Assembly: GCA_964426185.1 (NCBI GenBank)
Contig: CAYRPF010000017.1
Location: forward strand, 3,158-35,157
Length of the DNA: 32,000 nt
Direction of reading: 5' to 3'
From: an uncultured archaeon
Lineage (GTDB): Archaea > Asgardarchaeota > Lokiarchaeia > Sigyniarchaeales > Promethearchaeaceae
The translations under genes and the position numbers were made by a program. Below the pieces are notes generated by a model. That model did no database searches and was not told the DNA's origin. It saw nothing but the letters and a program-made list of their open reading frames with translations. Positions 9,458 to 18,509 of the stretch are shown here, piece after piece; within the stretch, counting starts at the first letter, position 1; each line of letters begins with the position of its first letter.

Positions 9458-11431
9458 TTACGATTCTTGCTTTAATATTTCAGGGAAGGCGGAATGAAAT
9501 ATATTTAAAAATCTTTGCAAGGTGTATTTGTTCATTACGTTGTTGGAATTAACTGAATTTTGAATTTTCTCCCAAAGCTCTTGGTTTTGCTCAATTTTAT
9601 CAATTAAAATAGTTAATCGCTTTTTTGCTGAATATGACGACCCAATATAAATATAGGCAAAAATCAATGGAGATTTCGGGATTAACATAATTGTATATCT
9701 CCCAAATTTTGCTCTATCAAACTTATGCTCTGTCATTTCGGCACAATAGGAATAAAAAGCACTCAATAACCCTCCGAAAAGTTGATCATTAACAACTATT
9801 TGTGGATTAAATTGTTGGGAAAAAATTAATGGCCCATTTTCGTTTAAAATGGAAAAAAATATGGGAATTTCTTGATTTGGGAGATTAGAATCAAGGTTTT
9901 GATTTTTAAGTATTCGCGGAAATTCCAAATCAATTCCGAGGAGATTTTGTAGTACTGCTCTATTTATTCGATTTTTCTCAATATGTTGAATTAGAGATTG
10001 TTTCTCTAATAGTTTGTCATGTTCAGCAGCAATTTGAACAGCAATCCTATCTAATTGATGATTCATAGCATAATTTTGTGCTTTTGTGAGGTAATTTCTT
10101 GCTTGATCAAAATTTAGGGCCAATAATGCAAAACGTGCCTTAATTAAATAAGTTTGAGCATGTAACAAGACTAAATGCTGTGATTCGGCGATATTTTCCA
10201 GTTCTGCCATTACAGATTCTAATTCTTCGAGTATTTCAGGCTTCATTGTCACCCGCATTTCATTATAAAGAAGATCGGCCAAATTCAACAGAGCAGAAAG
10301 GGTAACTTCATAATTTATCATAGGTCCAAAGGCAATTGATTGCAGTATTTCATGAGCTTGAAATTGATGACGAAGCTGTGGACTCCTTTTCCAAATTAAT
10401 GCTTGAATGATCTGAAAATGTTGAAAAATGCTTGGATTATCATCTACCAAACACAACATCTCGAATTCAGTTAAATATTTCTTGCATTTATCAACTTGAT
10501 CCATATCAAGATAGTTCTCAATCAAATGAAAGAGAATGACTGACATATCATGCGGATTTGCAATTTTCCGACTAAATTTTAAACTTTTTAGGTAATATTC
10601 AGTGGCTTCATCATATTGACCCATTTGATGATAAATTTTTCCTATACTATCTAAAACCTTTGCTTGTTTATACACATTACCCATTTGAGTCTCATAAACC
10701 AAACTTTTTTCACATTGAGAAAGTGCATCTGAAAGATTCCCCATCTGACTGTAAACTAGTGCGATATTATTATATAAACTGGCAATTTGACTTGAATTTT
10801 GCGCTTCCAACGCCTTTTTTAAGGCTTCATCCAAAAAATTCAATCCTTTCTCGAAATTTCCTTTAATACTATGTAAGATACCTAAACGTTTGAGTATTCT
10901 AATCTGGTTGGATATTTCTTCTGTATCCTTATAATTAGGAAATGTCTTTTCTAATAAATTAATGGCTAAATCAATTTTACCTGTTTGCCAAAAAATTCCA
11001 ACTTTTATTAAAATTAGATCCATCAAAAGATTTTTCCTGATTCTATCATCTAATTTAGAATTCTCTCTTAGCAAATCTAACCCTTCTTGGACATAACCCA
11101 AAGCTTCAGAAAAATTTCCCAGCTGGAAATAATTATCTCCCAACAAATTCAGAAGTTCGAAATATTGTCTAGTTTGGGATGAAAATGCAAAATGTTCTGA
11201 AAGATTCTTCAAAATTCTTAAAGAATCTTGGAATCTTCCCATTTTATTTGCTAATTGCGCCCGTAAAAGAAATATTTCATCTTGAACCTTAGATTCAAGA
11301 TCTCTTTGCTGTTCTAGCATATCAATGGCTTCTTTTGCTTTTGCGAATTGAGATGATTTAATATATTCTCGAATTTGATCAAATTTACTATCGAACCTAT
11401 CATCTAAACAACCGTCATTTCTTGAAACCAT
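9458..11431 (-). CDS. Tetratricopeptide-repeat protein with C-terminal longin-like domain
   Basis: Several TPR units (LGDNYFQLGNFSEALGY, NNIALVYSQMGNLSDAL, IGKIYHQMGQYDEA); C-terminal FSILNENGPLIFSQQF..DQLFGGLLSAF; start 11431 (ATG) or 11446 (TTG). Confidence 0.85.
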   Translation of the reverse strand: MVSRNDGCLDDRFDSKFDQIREYIKSSQFAKAKEAIDMLEQQRDLESKVQDEIFLLRAQLANKMGRFQDSLRILKNLSEHFAFSSQTRQYFELLNLLGDNYFQLGNFSEALGYVQEGLDLLRENSKLDDRIRKNLLMDLILIKVGIFWQTGKIDLAINLLEKTFPNYKDTEEISNQIRILKRLGILHSIKGNFEKGLNFLDEALKKALEAQNSSQIASLYNNIALVYSQMGNLSDALSQCEKSLVYETQMGNVYKQAKVLDSIGKIYHQMGQYDEATEYYLKSLKFSRKIANPHDMSVILFHLIENYLDMDQVDKCKKYLTEFEMLCLVDDNPSIFQHFQIIQALIWKRSPQLRHQFQAHEILQSIAFGPMINYEVTLSALLNLADLLYNEMRVTMKPEILEELESVMAELENIAESQHLVLLHAQTYLIKARFALLALNFDQARNYLTKAQNYAMNHQLDRIAVQIAAEHDKLLEKQSLIQHIEKNRINRAVLQNLLGIDLEFPRILKNQNLDSNLPNQEIPIFFSILNENGPLIFSQQFNPQIVVNDQLFGGLLSAFYSYCAEMTEHKFDRAKFGRYTIMLIPKSPLIFAYIYIGSSYSAKKRLTILIDKIEQNQELWEKIQNSVNSNNVMNKYTLQRFLNIFHSAFPEILKQES

Positions 11432-11567
11432 TCTGATTCCTACCAAATCTTCTTAGTTGTGAACGCAACAATTTCATTTCTAGAAATTGTCACACGTTTT
11501 GTTTGAAGTTTAATTACTGAATTTTACATCTCGAATAACTATAAAAAGACTCCCGACAAAAAAGTAC

Positions 11568-11619
11568 TTAAGCTCCATCCAACTTTTAGTTTTGCCTTAA
11601 AATAATTAAGCTCCATCCA
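11568..11619. repeat. 14-bp direct repeat TTAAGCTCCATCCA (two copies) in a divergent promoter region
   Basis: Exact copies at 11568-11581 and 11606-11619. Confidence 0.75.
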
Positions 11620-11715
11620 CTCAATTCATAAGTTTTATAGGTGCAAAAATCCAAAATATATCATAAGCACTTGAACTAATTTTTCACAAATAAATCATCA
11701 AAAGGTGGATTAACT

Positions 11716-11883
11716 ATGAGCGCTGATGAATTACGAAAAGAAATTGAAGCCATGAATAAAGAAAAACTCAAAAAAGTTCCCGAAGAACAAAAAGCCCAAA
11801 TAGAAGCTGAACGCAAAAAACGGGCTGAAGAATTAGAAAAATTGAAAGAAAAACTAAAAGCCGAAGGCAAATGGGAAGAGTAA
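11716..11883 (+). CDS. Small 55-aa highly charged helical protein (not in ORF track)
   Basis: MSADELRKEIEAMNKEKLKKVPEEQKAQIEAERKKRAEELEKLKEKLKAEGKWEE*; AGGTGGA RBS upstream; T-tract right after the stop. Confidence 0.8.
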   Translation: MSADELRKEIEAMNKEKLKKVPEEQKAQIEAERKKRAEELEKLKEKLKAEGKWEE

Positions 11884-11934
11884 TTTTTTGACCTTGTATT
11901 TTAAATTTAAACATTTTGGTTTTTTAGAATTTTT

Positions 11935-12651
11935 TCAAATATCCATCATTTTTTTTTTTGCTTTTTCAAATACTAACTTAGCGGGATTTGTGGTTGAAAT
12001 ATAACTACCGCCTTCAAAATCCGTCAAAATCACGGTAAAGGGTTTACTTCCTTCTTTACATGCAAGTAATCTTTTCAAAGCTTCATTTGCCTGTTCCCAT
12101 TCATGAGTGTCAGCAGGGGTGGTTTGCAGGAAAAATTGAATTTGTTTCTCCATTTTCAGCAGAATACCCTCTATATTAGTAAAATCAAAGTTCGCTGCCG
12201 GACCACGCTCAATAGTTACTCCTATTTCAGGGATCTCTAGATTTCCTGTAGCACCTCGAAAAATTTTTGAAGTAAAATCGCCGTCGTCTACAGTTAATTG
12301 ATATTTTCCCGGTTTAAAAGCGGTATAAACAGGAATTGTATCGGCCTTTCGATAACCGCAATGTTCACAGAGAATAACGAAAATAATTACCTCGTCTCCA
12401 TCTGGTAATGAATACAAAGTACGGGTAATTTCAACTTCTTTATTGCAAACGGGGCACCTAATATCTTTTTCTATGGGAGGTAATTCATACTGTCCGTTTT
12501 TCCTTTTCAAATCAATTTTTTCTTGCAAAGATTTGGGTTTTGATGAATTAGATGAAGTGGATGAGGTGGGTTTAGCGAATGATGAATCTTTAGAAGATGG
12601 TTGTGAAGAAGAGGGATGAGATGAATTAGGTTTTTCGTTACTCAAGTTCAT
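11935..12651 (-). CDS. ZPR1-type zinc-finger protein with Ser-rich N-terminal extension
   Basis: CPVC..Y.LP..V.IF...CEHCGYR, LEIPEIG..IE.GP, TNIEGIL, FTVIL.D..G.SYI. Confidence 0.9.
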   Translation of the reverse strand: MNLSNEKPNSSHPSSSQPSSKDSSFAKPTSSTSSNSSKPKSLQEKIDLKRKNGQYELPPIEKDIRCPVCNKEVEITRTLYSLPDGDEVIIFVILCEHCGYRKADTIPVYTAFKPGKYQLTVDDGDFTSKIFRGATGNLEIPEIGVTIERGPAANFDFTNIEGILLKMEKQIQFFLQTTPADTHEWEQANEALKRLLACKEGSKPFTVILTDFEGGSYISTTNPAKLVFEKAKKKMMDI

Positions 12652-12805
12652 ATTTTAAATAGGAAGCGGTAATTTTTGTTTTTTTTGGCAAACAACTAAA
12701 TGAAGCGAAAATGGGTAAAATAACCCTTTTCTTTATTAATATCATCTCACTTAAATAGGAATATATTTTTCAGATCATAACGATTTTTCATTTTGAGGTT
12801 TTAAA

Positions 12806-13420
12806 ATGATCGAAGATAAAATATTCGAAATCACTATGCACGGGCGAGGAGGACAAGGTGCCATCACTGCATCACTCCTTCTCTGTGAAGTTGCATATGC
12901 TGATGGATATACAGACGTACTGAGCATTCCTAAAATAGGTGCAGAAAGAAGAGGTGCTCCAATTAAAGCATTTGCAAAACTCTCTCGAAATAGAGAAATT
13001 AAAAATTATTCTGCCATTGAAGACGCTGATATAACTATAATTTTTGATGACTCGTTAATCCCTTTACCAGGAGTTGCAGATGCCATTAAACACGGAACCA
13101 TACTGATTAATACAAATCGAGAAATAGATATATCCAATTTTCCCGAAGCATGTAAAATTTATACGGTTCCCGTTACCAATATCGCTTTAGAACTAAACCT
13201 CACCACTGCAGGATATCCAATTTTGAATATCCCGCTATTAGGTGCACTAACGAAAATCAAATACTATGATGAAAGCGGAGAAACTGATTTAGGGCTTCAT
13301 TTAGAAACAATTGAAAAAGTGGCTTTGAAGAAATTCGGTTCTCGAGGGCATTTAAACTATGAAGCCGCGAGAAAAGCTGCCGAACAAGTTAAGGAGGTAT
13401 CACCAGGTAAGCAGGCTTAA
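12806..13420 (+). CDS. porG: Pyruvate/2-oxoacid:ferredoxin oxidoreductase gamma subunit
   Basis: HGRGGQGAITA, GAERRGAPI, N..LLGAL; first gene of a gamma-delta-alpha-beta operon; GAGG RBS. Confidence 0.9.
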   Translation: MIEDKIFEITMHGRGGQGAITASLLLCEVAYADGYTDVLSIPKIGAERRGAPIKAFAKLSRNREIKNYSAIEDADITIIFDDSLIPLPGVADAIKHGTILINTNREIDISNFPEACKIYTVPVTNIALELNLTTAGYPILNIPLLGALTKIKYYDESGETDLGLHLETIEKVALKKFGSRGHLNYEAARKAAEQVKEVSPGKQA

Positions 13421-13450
13421 ATGCATACCTCGTTTAAGAAGTGATGACTT

Positions 13451-13792
13451 ATGACAGAAAATAAAAATAATTGGGAAATAATCAGAAAATCCCGTGAAGA
13501 ACGCCCCAAAGTGCAATCATGGTCCTCTTTTTGGGATCTTCCGCCAGCTTCAGTATCCCTACCTGTAAAAGGATGCGCCGGTCATACTGGGGATTGGAGA
13601 ACTTTTCGACCCGTAATCAATCAAGAAGAATGCATTCAATGCTACCATTGTTATATGTATTGTCCAGAAGGCACGGTACTAATTGACGACGAAACCGGAG
13701 AGGTTAGTTTTGATTATGATTACTGTAAAGGCTGCGGGATCTGCGCAGAAATGTGCCCTAAAAACTGTATTGAGATGCAGAGAGAAGAATAA
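13451..13792 (+). CDS. porD: Pyruvate/2-oxoacid:ferredoxin oxidoreductase delta subunit (2x[4Fe-4S])
   Basis: TGDWRTFRP, CIQCYHCYMYCP, DYDYCKGCGICAEMCP. Confidence 0.92.
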   Translation: MTENKNNWEIIRKSREERPKVQSWSSFWDLPPASVSLPVKGCAGHTGDWRTFRPVINQEECIQCYHCYMYCPEGTVLIDDETGEVSFDYDYCKGCGICAEMCPKNCIEMQREE

Positions 13793-13832
13793 GGAAAAAA
13801 AAAGTGAAATGTAAGAAAAAAGGTGAAAAAAT

Positions 13833-15134
13833 ATGGTAGAACCAAAATTCTTTGAAGGTCCGCAGAAAGGTAATTTAGCCGCAGCATATGCGGCCATGGA
13901 CGCAAACGTTGATGTAGTTACAGCTTATCCCATAACCCCCCAAACCACAGTAGTGGAAGAATTAAGCCGATTAGTGGGGGAAGAAGAATTCCTCGCTCGC
14001 AATCAACACACGCAATTTATGCGGATGGAATCTGAACATAGTGTGGCTGCTGGGCTAGTAGGTGCGAGTTTTGCTGGAGCAAGAGTTTACTCGGCAACTG
14101 CAGGACAAGGCTTACTTTATATGACTGAAATGATCCACTGGATGGTCGGAGCCCGTTTACCAGTAGTTCTATCTATCGCAACCCGAGGAATAACCGGTGG
14201 TGGATGGAATATTTGGGCAGATTTCGGCGATATCATGGGATTACGTGATAGCGGAATAATGATTCAGTTGCTATCTACTCATCAAGAGATATATGATACT
14301 ATTTTAATGAGCTATAACATAGCAGAACATCCCGATGTGATGCTCCCTCTTTTTCCAGCTTATGGAGGTTTTGTGTTAAGTCATACTTCAAAGCCGGTAA
14401 AAAGAGTTCCGTGGGAAGAAGCGCAGAAATTCGTGATTCCAAAAAGAGATGAATGGGAACATATCTGGATAGATAGTAATAGACCGATAATGTCAGCAGC
14501 ATTGATTATGCCTCAAAGTTTTTATGCCGAATTTCGGATCAAAGCACACGAAGCCCAGATGAAAGCAATTCCCATTATTAAAGATACTATGGCCAAATTT
14601 AATAAGCAATTTGGTCGATCTTATGGAAATGGACTGGTTGAACCATACAAAGCCGATGACGCAGATGTATTAATGATCAGTTACGGAACAATTGCAAAAC
14701 AAGCCGAAGAAGTCATTGATATATTACGAAAGCAAGGCTACAAAGCCGGAGCTTTACGAATCCGAACTTATCGACCTTTCCCTGCTGCAGATATCCTGAA
14801 ATATATTAAAAACACTCCCGTGGTAGGTGTCATGGATCGGGCAATTTCCTTCGGCAATTATTCCGCCGGACCGCTGAGTTCAGATATTATGGCCGCTTGC
14901 CAACGCTACGAACCAACCCAGAACGCCAAAATTTTGCCATTTGTTGGTGGTTTAGGTGGCCGTGATGTAACTTTTGATGATCAAATCGAACAATTCAAAA
15001 TTCTCTTCGACCTAAAAGAAAAGGGCGAAGCACCCCATAAACCCTATAAGATGTGGGGAACCTACTGGACCGGCTTGATTACTGGCTCGGATAAGGTGCT
15101 ACAAGGAGAAGAAGAATATTTCGGAGATATATAA
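13833..15134 (+). CDS. porA: Pyruvate/2-oxoacid:ferredoxin oxidoreductase alpha subunit
   Basis: AYPITPQT, ESEHS, ATAGQGL, RPFP, GLGGRD; GGTGA RBS. Confidence 0.92.
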   Translation: MVEPKFFEGPQKGNLAAAYAAMDANVDVVTAYPITPQTTVVEELSRLVGEEEFLARNQHTQFMRMESEHSVAAGLVGASFAGARVYSATAGQGLLYMTEMIHWMVGARLPVVLSIATRGITGGGWNIWADFGDIMGLRDSGIMIQLLSTHQEIYDTILMSYNIAEHPDVMLPLFPAYGGFVLSHTSKPVKRVPWEEAQKFVIPKRDEWEHIWIDSNRPIMSAALIMPQSFYAEFRIKAHEAQMKAIPIIKDTMAKFNKQFGRSYGNGLVEPYKADDADVLMISYGTIAKQAEEVIDILRKQGYKAGALRIRTYRPFPAADILKYIKNTPVVGVMDRAISFGNYSAGPLSSDIMAACQRYEPTQNAKILPFVGGLGGRDVTFDDQIEQFKILFDLKEKGEAPHKPYKMWGTYWTGLITGSDKVLQGEEEYFGDI

Positions 15135-15147
15135 GGAGGAAAAAAAG

Positions 15148-16086
15148 ATGGCAAAAACTAAGATTAAAGATATCATAGCCAATCCCGAAACTAAAAGAGA
15201 ATACTTCCTACCCGGAAACGCCACCTGCCAAGGCTGCGGACTGGACCTGGCTCTGCGATGGGCAATGAAAGCACTCGGCCCAAAAACCGCCACCGTAAGT
15301 CCCGCCTCTTGTGCAAACGTGGTTACAGGTTTATGGCCCAAATCAGCGCCTGACTGGCCTTGGTTTAACATGGCCTTCGCCGCCTCGGCTGCCGCCGCTT
15401 CCGGTATGAAACATGGCTTAATTGCCAAAGGAAAGGGTGATTACAACGTGGTTGTATGGGCGGGTGATGGTGGGACCACAGATATCGGTATCCAAGGTTT
15501 GAGCGGTGCAGCCGAACGAAACGAAGATATCATATATGTATGTTATGATAACGAATCTTACATGAATACTGGTATACAGGCTAGTTCAAGTGCACCCCGT
15601 GGGACGGTTACGACCACGACACCGTATGGTAAGACGAAGAAGAAGAAGAACGTTCCTATGATTGTTGCGGCGCATAATGTGCCGTATGTAGCGACTTGCT
15701 CGGTCGGCAATCCGCTGGATTTGTATGATAAATTTAAGAAAGCGAAGGATATCAAGGGCTTTCGTTATATTCAAATTCTTTCACCTTGTCCTCCAGGTTG
15801 GCGTCATGATGGGAAGTATACCATTAGGCAGGCGCAGTTAGCGGTAGATACGGGCATTTTTCCTTTGTTCGAGATCGAGAATGGCATACTGACCTTAACA
15901 GGTAAGAGCAAAAGGCTGCATGATCCGACCAAACGTAAGCCCATAGGCGAATATTTCAGCAAGCAGAATCAAGGTCGGTTCAAATTGATTGATGAGAAGT
16001 TGCTGGAGCAGTTGCAGAAGGATGTGGATGAGTGGTGGTCTTGGATCGACCGTTATTTGGTTTATCAAGAGAATCTGGAGATATAA
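15148..16086 (+). CDS. porB: Pyruvate/2-oxoacid:ferredoxin oxidoreductase beta subunit (TPP-binding)
   Basis: CQGCG, GDGGT.DIG.QGLSG, YDNESYMNTG.Q, SPCP.GW; AGGAGG RBS. Confidence 0.92.
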   Translation: MAKTKIKDIIANPETKREYFLPGNATCQGCGLDLALRWAMKALGPKTATVSPASCANVVTGLWPKSAPDWPWFNMAFAASAAAASGMKHGLIAKGKGDYNVVVWAGDGGTTDIGIQGLSGAAERNEDIIYVCYDNESYMNTGIQASSSAPRGTVTTTTPYGKTKKKKNVPMIVAAHNVPYVATCSVGNPLDLYDKFKKAKDIKGFRYIQILSPCPPGWRHDGKYTIRQAQLAVDTGIFPLFEIENGILTLTGKSKRLHDPTKRKPIGEYFSKQNQGRFKLIDEKLLEQLQKDVDEWWSWIDRYLVYQENLEI

Positions 16087-16150
16087 ATCGATAAATAGAA
16101 AAAACGAGGGTTTTTTTCTTCTTTATTAATTTTTTTCAACTATATTCTAT

Positions 16151-17095
16151 TTATGTATCATGAAATTTCTGCATACATAAGACTCGCCACTTTTTCAGCC
16201 ATTTATACTGTTGATCGAGAAATTCCATGCTGATCTTATTATGTCCTCTCGCTTCAGCAATGGTAGCAATTAATTCAAAGTGCCGTACTGCTATGAAATA
16301 GAAAAGGCCTCTTAATTCTAAAGGGGAAAGGGATTTTCCATAACCTAAAAGAAATGCATCTACACGTTTTTGGGTATTCTCAAAAGCATTTTTTTCTAAA
16401 GCGTTAAAGTTGGTAGCATCACAAATGGTCGCAAAGTCAATCACTGGATGAACTTTAGAAGCAATATCAAAATCAAAAAGCATAAATTTTCCTGCTTCGG
16501 TTTTAAACATGTTACCCGTATGCAAATCGCCGTGGCAGAATCCAGTGGGAAGTTGTTCAATGGTTTCCCATAAAAATCTCCCGAATTGCTCAAACCAATC
16601 AATTTTGTCTGCCGAATAATTTTTTTGTCGCATTAAATCGATGAATCGGTCAATATAAAAATTCTCGCCTCGGGTTATCAAAGAGCGGGGATATTTTTCC
16701 ATCAAATCATGCAGTTGCCGGACTTGTTTTCCAATTTTTTGAATTTCGTTAGAGAGTTCTGGCACTTTACCTTCAATATATTCAAATACTGCTAATATTC
16801 TGGGTTCATTTTCAATAATTATATCGGAAAATAACTCTTTGTTTTGAGTCAAAATCGGTTTTACCACTGGATACTCGTTTAATCGGAGATATTGAATAAT
16901 TTCCAAAGATTGAATCGCTTGAGCCCGGTGAAAAGCTCTATAAAGTTTGATTACAAATTTATGGTTATTCGTGCGTGCAAAATAAACATGACCGATCATT
17001 TCTCGATGCAGTTGCAAGGAATTTATCGGCAGATTGTAATGAATGGTAACCCAATCTTTTAGTTTTGCATATTCTGAAGAGATTTGAAAGTTCAT
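16151..17095 (-). CDS. APH/choline-kinase-like phosphotransferase (homoserine kinase type II-like)
   Basis: FVIKLY, FEYIEG, Brenner motif CHGDLHTGN, LFDFD. Confidence 0.85.
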   Translation of the reverse strand: MNFQISSEYAKLKDWVTIHYNLPINSLQLHREMIGHVYFARTNNHKFVIKLYRAFHRAQAIQSLEIIQYLRLNEYPVVKPILTQNKELFSDIIIENEPRILAVFEYIEGKVPELSNEIQKIGKQVRQLHDLMEKYPRSLITRGENFYIDRFIDLMRQKNYSADKIDWFEQFGRFLWETIEQLPTGFCHGDLHTGNMFKTEAGKFMLFDFDIASKVHPVIDFATICDATNFNALEKNAFENTQKRVDAFLLGYGKSLSPLELRGLFYFIAVRHFELIATIAEARGHNKISMEFLDQQYKWLKKWRVLCMQKFHDT

Positions 17096-17190
17096 TGATT
17101 TACGCGTTATGGATTTATGGATTATTTATATTTTTTTGCAATATGCATCTTCTATTTTTGTCATAATGTTATGATTGGTAGTATTACTAA

Positions 17191-17229
17191 TTTTCCCGCT
17201 CTTTTTTCCCGCTCTTTTTTCCCGCTCTT
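17191..17229. repeat. Tandem repeat, 3 x 13 bp (TTTTCCCGCTCTT)
   Basis: Three perfect adjacent copies at 17191, 17204 and 17217. Confidence 0.9.
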
Positions 17230-17302
17230 AAGTAACATTCTATTCTTTTCTAACATTCTTCCTTAAATTATATATACTTATAAAAAGAAAAGAAACAAGA
17301 GG

Positions 17303-18070
17303 ATGGGAAACGAGATGGAACACCTTTTTGTAGGAGTAGATGGATGTCGTGCAGGATGGATAGTTGCAACAATCTATGAAAATTCTCTGATCAATTGGGA
17401 AATTTTTCCATCATTTAAGCATATTTGGTCAAAATTTGAAGAACCACCTTTACAAGCATCTCGAATTTTCATAGATATTCCAATAGGTTTAGTGACTAAG
17501 GGTTCTCTTCCCCGTCTTTGTGATCAACAAGCGAGAAAAGCCTTAGGGCGCCCCCGTTCCAGCAGTATATTTTCCCCACCTTGTCGAAATGCCTTATTTG
17601 CGAAAGATTATGCCCACGCTAACTTGATTAATCGGAAATATACAAAGAAAGGATTATCTATTCAAGCATGGAACATTAGCTCGAAAATTTTAGAAATAAA
17701 TAATTTTTTGCATCAAAATTTATTAATTAATCGAATTCTCTGGGAGAGCCATCCAGAAGTGTGTTTTTGGGCACTTAATAAGAAACAACGCATGATTTAT
17801 AATAAAAAAACAAAAGCTGGCTTCATCGAACGAAAGTCGCTTCTAGTTAATTTCATGGAAATAAATGATTTTTTCATTGAAGCAGACCTATCTTTTAATA
17901 AATTTTCGCCCCAGCAAGCTCAAAAGGATGATTATCTCGATGCTTGGGTACTCGCACTAACGGCTACCGGACGAGGGGGGGTTCTACGCACATTTCCTGA
18001 TCCACCTACCTTCGATGACTATAATATTCCTCAAAGGATCGCTTATTTAGAAGTGAGCGAGAAAATTTAG
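17303..18070 (+). CDS. DUF429-family protein (predicted RNase H-fold nuclease)
   Basis: VGVDGCRAGW, IDIPIGL, R.CD..AR, ESHPE, DD.LDA. Confidence 0.85.
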   Translation: MGNEMEHLFVGVDGCRAGWIVATIYENSLINWEIFPSFKHIWSKFEEPPLQASRIFIDIPIGLVTKGSLPRLCDQQARKALGRPRSSSIFSPPCRNALFAKDYAHANLINRKYTKKGLSIQAWNISSKILEINNFLHQNLLINRILWESHPEVCFWALNKKQRMIYNKKTKAGFIERKSLLVNFMEINDFFIEADLSFNKFSPQQAQKDDYLDAWVLALTATGRGGVLRTFPDPPTFDDYNIPQRIAYLEVSEKI

Positions 18071-18074
18071 CATA

Positions 18075-18310
18075 AGAAAGGGGCAAAATGGGTTTAAGGA
18101 GGTGAAGGTGGGAGTGGACTTCACCTCCAGGGAATTTTTCTCCATTTTTTTCCATTCACATTTATCATTCGAACCAACAAACCAATCACAACGTGGGAGA
18201 AAAACACCCTAATCGGAAACCATTGAGGGACTTTTTTCACTTTTTCCATTTTTCAAAGCGAACAGAGGGGGAGATGAGCGACGCATCAAATTTTCACTAT
18301 CTCTAACCAT
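18075..18310. ncRNA. Candidate structured non-coding RNA
   Basis: Perfect 10-bp stem GGAGGTGAAG (18098-18107)/CTTCACCTCC (18119-18128), further small hairpins, repeated GTGGGAG/GGGAG, no convincing ORF, minus-strand TATA at 18335-18328. Confidence 0.35.
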
Positions 18311-18509
18311 TATAAGGGAAATTCATCTATTTAAAATTTTACAATTATTTTAGTGATCTTGATGTATATCAGAATATTCACAATATTATTGACCTATGAT
18401 GAAAATTAGGCTTATTTGGCCCAAAATTTAAATTTAAAGATAAATGAAAATTAGTTAGAACCACTTTATTATTGCCAATAAATGGGTTCCTCTAATTTGA
18501 AATACTTGT

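Noticed and set aside
11676-11870. 64-aa minus-strand ORF
   Set aside because: Antisense to the better-supported + strand 55-aa ORF, which has an RBS and terminator
11568-17229. The 14-bp and 13-bp repeats as CRISPR remnants
   Set aside because: Too short, only 2-3 copies, no spacer array and no cas genes
18209-18310. 33-codon minus-strand ORF (MVRDSENLMRRSSPPLF..)
   Set aside because: Very short and compositionally unlike the neighbouring proteins; cannot be excluded as a leader peptide but is unsupported
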